Positions 27,723 to 35,176 of a stretch of 64,000 bases of DNA are shown in pieces. The DNA is from Candidatus Bathyarchaeia archaeon (GTDB lineage Archaea; Thermoproteota; Bathyarchaeia; Bathyarchaeales; Bathycorpusculaceae), in contig JBEKWR010000003.1 of assembly GCA_049512935.1 (NCBI GenBank), positions 43,717 to 107,716 of the forward strand, written 5' to 3'. The first letter of the stretch is position 1. Each line of letters begins with the position of its first letter. Below the pieces are notes generated by a model. It was not told where the DNA came from, searched no databases, and was given only the letters and a program-made list of their open reading frames with translations. A program made the translations under genes and the position numbers.

Positions 27723-29288
27723 CTATGCTGTAATGTTCTGCTTTAGCAAAATTAATCTACCTTTAAGTGTTCCAGCAGTGGTCATAAAAAGTAATACAAT
27801 GCTACCATCTTTACCACATGTGACCGCTGTTTTGATTGCTTCTTTCAGGTCACTTGTACCTAACCAAGTACTCTTTAAATTGGGAATTTCTCTTTGCTTA
27901 AGGCTGTCAACTTTTATTGCGATTATGTCGGGATGCCGTTTCATACCATCGTTTATTGGGTTTGAAAGACTGTATGAGCTTAAGTTCTTTACTTCCACTG
28001 TCTTGGCATTAATGATTAAATCTGGATTTTTTCCAGGTTTTCCAAACTGTACTTTAAATCCATAATTGTTTGCTATTCTTGCAAGTCTACACTCCCAAGA
28101 TACATTCGAAAGATATTCTCTTAGACTCTCAAGTTTGATGATGCCTTTCCACGGATTTTTGTCTTTTAGTTTTTCAAATTCTCTCAAATTGCCTCTAATT
28201 TCACGTCCGAATTCTTCAGTTTTAGGTATTGTATCAATTCCACTTAAATCGAGTTGATGCAGGTCAACAATTAGAGAAAAAAAGAATACATCTTTGCCTC
28301 TTTCAATTCCCGATGCTAGTAGTACAGATAATGAACAGGCTTCAAGTGCCATCTGTAAATCTACCTCACTGACGTTTATCTTTTTTAGTAGCCAATTCCA
28401 TGAATCCAAAACATCTTGGACATTTTTTGCACCAAAAAAGGAAGGGCTATACAGAATGTGACTTAAGCCGACGAAATTGCCATCTGTCTTTAAGCCGAAT
28501 GAACCAAAGTTTACACGAATGCTTCCCTCTTCAATTCTGAAAAGTTTTCCGATACTAAATTTAGCTACTTCTTTCCCCTCATCATCTAGAATGATATCTG
28601 GAAAGGTTTGATTCATCGCTTTCAAAATATTCTCCCGAAGTTGCTCTTCTGCTTTCCAACCTTCACTAGATTTTTGTAAGAAACTTAGTTTAAAATTTTG
28701 TGGGTCTGTCCCAATTAAAGCCAAGAATCTTAACAGTATCATATTTTCAATAATGCCATCATCCGCAATTTCTTTTCTAAAATGCCCAAGTCTAAACAGA
28801 TAGATGCCTATCAACTCTTTGACCAGCATAGCTAGCATTGTGAAGTCAATTGCAATGGTTGCTGTTTTGCCAGATTGATTCAATTGTTCGACTGCTTCCT
28901 TGAAAAGTTCTTCAGTCTTTCTTTCACTCATCAAAATAACGTTGTCAAACCCAATGAATCCTTCTAAAATATTCATTCTTTCTGTTTCTGGAAACCGTTC
29001 CAAAATCGCTTTCTTTCTAAAAGTCTCTCTAACATAGACATTTAAATAGTTAATTTCTGGCGATTCAGCTTTTGTCTCATTTGATTTGAGACTAACAGGG
29101 TCTAATAGAGTTATTATTTCCGAATATTTGTTCCATTCGTCATCATTTAGAAGTAGCCATCTAATTGCGGGCTCATCAAAAACCTCAGATGTGATTGAAT
29201 CATTATTCACATATTCCAAGGTTATCAATTCACTCCCAATAAAATGCCACAATCCTGCAGGGATGAATATGCTTTTTACCATGTGCAC
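27723..29288 (-). CDS. Hypothetical protein with C-terminal PD-(D/E)XK nuclease-like domain
   Basis: SWECRLA...GKNPDLIINAKTVEVKNL fits E..PD..ExK; AT-rich codons. Confidence 0.55.
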   Translation of the reverse strand: MHMVKSIFIPAGLWHFIGSELITLEYVNNDSITSEVFDEPAIRWLLLNDDEWNKYSEIITLLDPVSLKSNETKAESPEINYLNVYVRETFRKKAILERFPETERMNILEGFIGFDNVILMSERKTEELFKEAVEQLNQSGKTATIAIDFTMLAMLVKELIGIYLFRLGHFRKEIADDGIIENMILLRFLALIGTDPQNFKLSFLQKSSEGWKAEEQLRENILKAMNQTFPDIILDDEGKEVAKFSIGKLFRIEEGSIRVNFGSFGLKTDGNFVGLSHILYSPSFFGAKNVQDVLDSWNWLLKKINVSEVDLQMALEACSLSVLLASGIERGKDVFFFSLIVDLHQLDLSGIDTIPKTEEFGREIRGNLREFEKLKDKNPWKGIIKLESLREYLSNVSWECRLARIANNYGFKVQFGKPGKNPDLIINAKTVEVKNLSSYSLSNPINDGMKRHPDIIAIKVDSLKQREIPNLKSTWLGTSDLKEAIKTAVTCGKDGSIVLLFMTTAGTLKGRLILLKQNITA

Positions 29289-29476
29289 ACCTTATGGATT
29301 CTATAACTCTGTTTCAGCTATAAATTTTGAGCTAGTGCGTTATATTTAAGAAACCTGTCGCGTTCGCTAATAATTTAATTTTTATAAAGTGTTCTTGTTG
29401 ATAGGATTGTATTTCGTTTAGGCAACTCTGGGGAAAGGGGTAAGCTTACTTCACCCCACCCAGGGCTGCTGGGCTT

Positions 29477-29627
29477 GCCATCAGACCCAAAACACAAGTA
29501 AACCGCATCGAACAAATCAAAGAAATCATACGGGCATGGGGAGCAAACCCTGAAGAAATCCCTATCCAAAGACGCAGTAATCAGAGGCAAAATCACAGAA
29601 ACAACGACCCAGACGCAAAACCATTAG
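29477..29627 (+). pseudogene. Frameshifted remnant, possibly an integrase C-terminal tail
   Basis: RIEQIKEIIRAWGANPEEI then a 1-nt shift to LSKDAVIR; about 100 bp from the att copy; family link is recalled, not verified. Confidence 0.3.
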
Positions 29628-29724
29628 CTCTCGATTCTTGCAAAAACAACTCAAACAGATTATCCGTAAGGCGGCTTCGGGATGACCCAACTACCTAGTA
29701 CCTTTTCGCATATATGTAGACTAG

Positions 29725-29741
29725 TCCCGTCGAACCCGCCA
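29725..29741 (+). repeat. attR-like copy of tRNA-Lys 3' end
   Basis: tcccgtcgaacccgcca vs tcccgtcggacccgcca at 27565-27581 (16/17). Confidence 0.75.
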
Positions 29742-29791
29742 ATCCAAAAAATTGTGAAACCTTAAACCAGACAATATGTTTAACAAAGTGT

Positions 29792-30013
29792 ATGACAAAA
29801 ACGGTTTGCGTTCGAATCTCCGAAGAAGAAAAGCGTCAACTTCAGAAGTATGGCAAGCTCTCAGACGTGTTAAGGGAAGCTGTAGAGCTTTATCTAAACG
29901 CCAAGAAGTCCGACGGGTTACTCCAGAAACTAGCAGATTTGCAAGCAAAGAATCCAATAAAAACCACAATTGAGGAAGAAGTGAGCTTAATCAGAGAAGA
30001 TAGAAACCGCTAA
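29792..30013 (+). CDS. Orphan RHH antitoxin (VapB-like)
   Basis: TVCVRI strand, SDVLREAVE helix, ends SLIREDRNR like the 1237 antitoxin; no toxin follows. Confidence 0.7.
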   Translation: MTKTVCVRISEEEKRQLQKYGKLSDVLREAVELYLNAKKSDGLLQKLADLQAKNPIKTTIEEEVSLIREDRNR

Positions 30014-30059
30014 TCTGAAAAGAAAAAGAGCGGATAACCTTGGCGTGTTGAAGCTTTTT

Positions 30060-30989
30060 CTAAAGTCGACGTGGTTTTTGTGGAGGTTGGCTTCTCGGCG
30101 CGTTTGGGTTGGTTTTGGTTTCGGTGTTTAGGAGCTGCTTTAGTCGCCAGACTAATACATCTCTGTCGTTGGGTTGCTGTGTCCACAGTTCACGGTATTC
30201 TCTGAATTGTTGCCCCGTGATTTTCCCTTTTGACTGCAGTTCGCCCAGCAGCCTCACGAATCCTCTTAGCTCCGTTTGCTCGTTGGTTTCCACGTTAACC
30301 GTTTTTCCCTCGTCTGTTTGGGTTGCGGCTGGTTCTTTATCAGGCGGCGGATAGGTGTTGTAGAGGAAACGAGTGAAATACGTGATTTCCCAAGACCTCG
30401 TTATTGGCAAGTTGTCCTTGGCTTGTAACAGTTCAGCCGTGTAAAATGCGTATTCCGCTCCAAGTGAGTAGTATTTGGCTCCGCTGCTCGGGGCATCGGT
30501 CGTTCGGTTAACGAAATGCTTTAGGTGTTGGGTGCTAAAGATCGGCACGACGGTTTTGCTTTCGTAGTTGAAGCAAAATATGGTTTTTTTGGCTAGGTGC
30601 TTATCGTTGCCTAAACCGTTTATTTTTTCCCAGGGCGCATCCACTTTCTGAGCTAAAGACTTGTTTTTATCCACAGCGACATGGAGCAAACTCTTGAAGT
30701 CGCCGAGTTGCAGCCTGATATTTCGGTAAACATTAGCGTTCTGGATTGTAAGGTGCCCAATTGGGTTGAGGAAATACACTAAGTAACGGAAGAATTCGCC
30801 TATTTCGTTTGAATCAGGCTTGAAGATTTTGTCAGGGTCCAGCCAATCTATTGACTGCGGGTTTTCGGCGAAGGGGAATTTTACTCTAAACTCCTTGAGC
30901 GACTCAAGCGCGTTACCGACTTCACGCTTGATTAACCCGTTTTTGTCGTAGGCGTTTGCCCGTTCAAGCATTAAGTTACTTCGAGACAT
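30060..30989 (-). CDS. Conserved-looking hypothetical protein
   Basis: 309-aa globular ORF with low-complexity tail; INGLGNDKHLAKK is HhH-like; no confident family. Confidence 0.6.
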   Translation of the reverse strand: MSRSNLMLERANAYDKNGLIKREVGNALESLKEFRVKFPFAENPQSIDWLDPDKIFKPDSNEIGEFFRYLVYFLNPIGHLTIQNANVYRNIRLQLGDFKSLLHVAVDKNKSLAQKVDAPWEKINGLGNDKHLAKKTIFCFNYESKTVVPIFSTQHLKHFVNRTTDAPSSGAKYYSLGAEYAFYTAELLQAKDNLPITRSWEITYFTRFLYNTYPPPDKEPAATQTDEGKTVNVETNEQTELRGFVRLLGELQSKGKITGQQFREYRELWTQQPNDRDVLVWRLKQLLNTETKTNPNAPRSQPPQKPRRL

Positions 30990-31115
30990 TTTTAGCCATA
31001 CCTTATTGCTAAATGGCTAATAAGAACGTTGCAGCCTCGAAGGCAATATCACTTCTTAGAAGGAGAATAAGACCCGCTGAACCTGAATGCTTTCTTGCAG
31101 TCAAATGGCTTGCTT

Positions 31116-31739
31116 TCAAGTTATGTTGCTTTGTCTCTCCCATATCCGTCGGATAAAGTGCAGAAACAAGGGCACCATCCAGAGTATGAACCTGAGGGGG
31201 ATGCTTGTTTCGCTGTTTATCGGTACCGCCCAACTCCAAAAGAACGGTATGACTGAGATAAAAAAGAATGCTGCTCCGACTATCTGCGAATTTCTCATCG
31301 CTGCATAGTGGTGAAGCAGCTCTTCTGGTCTTTTCTTGTCTGATAAAATGGAGTTGGCAAGCAGCGAAAGGATTACAAATAGCCCTCCGAGGTCTACAGC
31401 ATAAAGCGTCGAAACGTCCATTGTCGGAATCTTGGAAAAAAGTTCGTTAAACAGGAAGGGTTCAATGGAAACCAAGAATAGGAGCACAAGGTTGAGTTGA
31501 ACTTGTATTCGTTTTTCGATGCGTACGTTTGACATGGTGCTGGTGTACGTGTACCAGACGCTTATGAGTATGAAAAAACTAAACGCAAAATATCCTATAG
31601 ACTTGAGCAAGTCCGAAAAGTTGCTTGGAGCATTCCCGATCAAGGTGAGCGCGCCTATGGAGAGGGCTAACCCGAAAATCAAGTCGGAGAGCGTTTCTAT
31701 GCGGGATTTCGGAGTTGATCGTTCTTTTTCCTCAGCCAA
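31116..31739 (-). CDS. TMEM175/DUF1211-family channel
   Basis: SRIETLSDLIFGLALSI resembles the RLEAFSD signature; six TM helices. Confidence 0.8.
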   Translation of the reverse strand: MAEEKERSTPKSRIETLSDLIFGLALSIGALTLIGNAPSNFSDLLKSIGYFAFSFFILISVWYTYTSTMSNVRIEKRIQVQLNLVLLFLVSIEPFLFNELFSKIPTMDVSTLYAVDLGGLFVILSLLANSILSDKKRPEELLHHYAAMRNSQIVGAAFFFISVIPFFWSWAVPINSETSIPLRFILWMVPLFLHFIRRIWERQSNIT

Positions 31740-31836
31740 AGCGTTAACCTCACGTTGCAGGTATAATTTGTTTTAAGCAGAATATAGCTTTAAGCATTCA
31801 AGCGCTAACACAAATGCACAAGTTTTTTAGAAAAAG

Positions 31837-32229
31837 TTAATGAAGCGCCAAACTTAGCGTCAAGACAACGAGGACAAAGAGCGTTATGAAAACGTACTTA
31901 CGGTTCTTTTCCAGCGCGAAATAGACGACGGACGTTATTGCTCGGATGTAGGGTGTCAACATCAGGATTATGAGCCCCAGCGTCATGAACAGGATGGCGT
32001 TTTGTGCCCCGAACAAGTGTTGGGTTTGGTAGATTATGAAGGCGAAAAAGTCTTTTCCGTTGATAAAAACGGTTGGGTTCTGTGAAATCTGCACGTTGCC
32101 GTGGGTTCCGTAGTAGAGGGTTATCCCTATGGCTTCCAGGATGACGCTTACGACGACGCCCACTATCAACAGGTAGCTTATGGCGGTTTCCAGCTTGTTT
32201 TCGCCGCTGCCTACGTCCTGCTGACTCAT
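31837..32229 (-). CDS. DUF1634-family membrane protein
   Basis: LETAISYLLIVGV, GLIILMLTPYIR; coupled to TauE gene. Confidence 0.8.
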   Translation of the reverse strand: MSQQDVGSGENKLETAISYLLIVGVVVSVILEAIGITLYYGTHGNVQISQNPTVFINGKDFFAFIIYQTQHLFGAQNAILFMTLGLIILMLTPYIRAITSVVYFALEKNRKYVFITLFVLVVLTLSLALH

Positions 32230-33053
32230 AGAGCGGTCACTCCTTTGTAGAGCATCTGAATAATCAGCAGGACGACAATCACAAGGAACAGGATTTTTAG
32301 GTTTCTGTCGTGAATCCGATTCAGCATTCTTCCGCCGGCCACGGCGCCGATTGTTACGCCTACTGCCATGGGCGCCATCAACGTCAGGTTTAGCAGTCCT
32401 GAAAAAAGGTAGACGCTTACGCCTGCCAGCGCGGTCATGCCTATGATGAAGTTGCTGGTGGCGGTTGACACTTTTGCGGGTACCTTGAGGACTTTTTCGT
32501 GGACGATGACTTTGAAGGCTCCCGCCCCGATCCCAAGCATCCCCGCCGCTATCCCAGCCACAAACATTCCCAAGCCGCCCAGCAGCGAATTTGTGCCCTT
32601 GTACTTTACCACTTTGTCATGTGCCTGATCATAGTAGCTTCCCTCAAGCCCAAGCCACTTGGAAAGCCCATCCTGCTTTTCAGGCGGCACATACTTGTTG
32701 AAGCTGCTTCTGATGTTGATGAAAGAAGTGAGGAGGAAAGCGGCGAACAAGAAATAGAGGAAAACAGGCGCGATAAGCACGGTTATGGTTGCTCCCACTA
32801 TGGCGCCGATGATGGTGAACATTTCAAGGTACATGGCAAGCTTGATGTTGGCGATTCGTTCCTTCACGTAAGTTGAGGCTGAACCGCTCGACGTGGCTAT
32901 GATAGCCACCATGCCGCATGCCACTGCCTCCTTAACGGGGAAACCCGCGAAAACCAAGATAGGTGTCAGGATGCTGGCGCCGCCTAGACCCGTCAGCGAG
33001 CCGACTAAGCCGACAGCGACGGATATCAACAGCAGAGTAACCATGTCAAGCAA
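32226..33053 (-). CDS. Sulfite exporter TauE/SafE family
   Basis: GSLTGLGG and GMLGIGAG repeats, ATSNF. Confidence 0.88.
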   Translation of the reverse strand: MLDMVTLLLISVAVGLVGSLTGLGGASILTPILVFAGFPVKEAVACGMVAIIATSSGSASTYVKERIANIKLAMYLEMFTIIGAIVGATITVLIAPVFLYFLFAAFLLTSFINIRSSFNKYVPPEKQDGLSKWLGLEGSYYDQAHDKVVKYKGTNSLLGGLGMFVAGIAAGMLGIGAGAFKVIVHEKVLKVPAKVSTATSNFIIGMTALAGVSVYLFSGLLNLTLMAPMAVGVTIGAVAGGRMLNRIHDRNLKILFLVIVVLLIIQMLYKGVTAL

Positions 33054-33215
33054 CGTTTCTTCCCGCCTTTAATTCTGAGGATTCGAGTAATTAAATGCAT
33101 ACAATTCGGGTTGCACAGCCCGCGGCAACAAAATCTTTTGGCGATATTGCAGGGTTATTTTGCTGCTTGAATTCTTGATTCGGCTATTCTTGACGAAGAC
33201 CCTTTGTATCGACCG

Positions 33216-33509
33216 TTATTCGATCATTTTAGGCTCTTTTCTGGCTGTTGATAGATTATTCTTATCCCAAAGCTGGTTGCTTAAATGCTGAAGGGTGACG
33301 GAGTCAATGTCGACATCTTTAAGCAATCCTTCGATACCTTTGATTGGATCCCCTTCAAAAGTTGGGGTCTCCTTCTGGCAGGTGACCCAGTTTAGTATGG
33401 CTTCTTCTGCAGCCTTGCTTAATGCTCCCTTTCCACAACCGAACTTTTTCAAGGCGGTTTCTCTGAATCTGCGCTCAAGCTTCGGGTCAATCTGGACTCT
33501 AAGCGACAT
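33216..33509 (-). CDS. Orphan RHH antitoxin-like protein
   Basis: KKFG..KGALSKAAEEAI..W, DPIKGIEGLL..DSVTLQH pattern; no intact toxin downstream. Confidence 0.6.
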   Translation of the reverse strand: MSLRVQIDPKLERRFRETALKKFGCGKGALSKAAEEAILNWVTCQKETPTFEGDPIKGIEGLLKDVDIDSVTLQHLSNQLWDKNNLSTARKEPKMIE

Positions 33510-33565
33510 CGCTATATTACCCTGCTATTAAATTGCTGAATTGCCATAAATCTCTTTTTGGCGAA

Positions 33566-35176
33566 TTAAGTTTTGATTTGTTTGAATTCTTCTCTTGTCT
33601 TCATTTGCCGCCGCTTCAGGTTGTAGCCGAGCGAGAAGTCATGCGCTGCGTCACGGATTTTTCTAAGCAGAAGCATCATTCGGCTGTTCTTGTCGAAGAT
33701 TCTCGGCGTTGAGTCGTCTGGCAAATAAATCTCTTCGTGCTCCTTCGCTAACCCGATGACGGGTAGGTTTAAGCCGAGGGTTTGCAGAGCCGTTTTTGCC
33801 GCTCCAACTTGTCCAGGTCCGCCGTCGATGAGAACCATGTCGGGCAGCGGGCTTTTTTCTTCAACTAGCCGCTTGTATCTGCGTGCCACTACCTCGTTGA
33901 CGGCTGCGAAGTCGTCCTGTCCCGTGAAGGTTTTAATTTTGAATCGGCGGTAGTTTTTCTTGTCTGGCTTCGCGTCGCGGAAGCTGACCATGCCTGAAAC
34001 CACGTGCTCCTGCCCCAGGTTTGAAACGTCGAAGCACTCGATTGTACGCGGCAGCGCTGGGAGGTTGAGTTCGTTTTGTAAATCGACCAGTGCGCTGTCA
34101 ACTTCCAACGTTGATTCAAGGTTTTTCTCTGCCAGCTGGACCAACGCGAGTTTGTCGGCTTTTCTGGGAATGATCAACGAGACTGGGGCATACCGTTTTG
34201 TCGATAGGAATTCTTCAAGAGCCTTTTTTTCCTGTGGTTCTTGCCAGACGGGCTTGTTCAGGAGGATTTCTCGGGGTATTCGGTTGCTTGTGTAGTAGGC
34301 TTTGAGGAATTCCTGTTCAACCTGTGGCTGAAGGTCGACGGTGAACTGTTTTTTCCCCAGCAAAACGCCTTTGCGAACCCCCATTTGTACAGCGAGCATT
34401 TTGTCGCCGACCTGCTTGAACGCCAAGATGTCTTGGTCGAACCGCCGCTCGTTATCCACGATCTGGTGTTCCGTTACAAGCCTGATGGAAGCCATTTGAT
34501 TGCGTAGCTCCAGAGCGGTCTCATATTTCTGTTCTTGGGCGGCTTGCTGCATCTGGGCGTCGAGCTGTTTTATCGTTTGCTGGTAGTTTCCGTTTAGGAA
34601 AGACCGTGCCTGCTTGATTTGCTCGGCGTATTGTTCGGCGGTGACTTTTCCTATGCATGGGGCGGTGCAGAGGTGGATGTGGTAGTTTAGGCAGGCGCGT
34701 TTGTGCATGGTTTTGCAGGTGCGCAGCTTGAACACGCGGACGACGAGGCGTTGAAGGTCTTGCCGTATGAAGCCCTCGGTGTAGGGTCCGAACGATTCGA
34801 GTTTGCGTGAGACTTTGCGGCTGGTCATTATCCTCGGGTAAGGCTCCCGTGTAAGCGAGATGTACGCGAAGGTTTTTGCGTCTTTGAGGTCGATGTTGTA
34901 CTTGGGCGTGTGCTGCTTAACCAGCTTGTTCTCTAAAAGCAGGGCTTCAACCTCGTTGTTGACGATTATCCAGTCGATGCCTCGGATTCTGGAAACCAGC
35001 TGCCGTGTTTTCGCGGGTTGGTCTTTATTTAAGAAGTAGCTTTTGACGCGGGAACGAAGGCTCTTCGCTTTGCCGATGTAGAGAATTTCGCCCTGATCAT
35101 CTTTGAACAGGTAGACTCCAGGGTTAGTCGGCATGTCGGAGGCTTTGAAATCTGACGGGGATTTTATTTGAATCAT
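33566..35176 (-). CDS. uvrC: Excinuclease ABC subunit C lacking the C-terminal HhH domain
   Basis: GIY-YIG (GVYLF..YIGKAKSL), Cys-rich region, UVR, RNase H-like (FDVS, LIDGG); ends at 536 aa. Confidence 0.93.
   Translation of the reverse strand: MIQIKSPSDFKASDMPTNPGVYLFKDDQGEILYIGKAKSLRSRVKSYFLNKDQPAKTRQLVSRIRGIDWIIVNNEVEALLLENKLVKQHTPKYNIDLKDAKTFAYISLTREPYPRIMTSRKVSRKLESFGPYTEGFIRQDLQRLVVRVFKLRTCKTMHKRACLNYHIHLCTAPCIGKVTAEQYAEQIKQARSFLNGNYQQTIKQLDAQMQQAAQEQKYETALELRNQMASIRLVTEHQIVDNERRFDQDILAFKQVGDKMLAVQMGVRKGVLLGKKQFTVDLQPQVEQEFLKAYYTSNRIPREILLNKPVWQEPQEKKALEEFLSTKRYAPVSLIIPRKADKLALVQLAEKNLESTLEVDSALVDLQNELNLPALPRTIECFDVSNLGQEHVVSGMVSFRDAKPDKKNYRRFKIKTFTGQDDFAAVNEVVARRYKRLVEEKSPLPDMVLIDGGPGQVGAAKTALQTLGLNLPVIGLAKEHEEIYLPDDSTPRIFDKNSRMMLLLRKIRDAAHDFSLGYNLKRRQMKTREEFKQIKT

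Larger units (their letters stand above)
27582..29741. mobile_element. 2.2-kb AT-rich islet integrated at tRNA-Lys
   Basis: Closed by a 17-bp copy of the tRNA 3' end (one mismatch); visibly lower GC than flanks. Confidence 0.7.
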
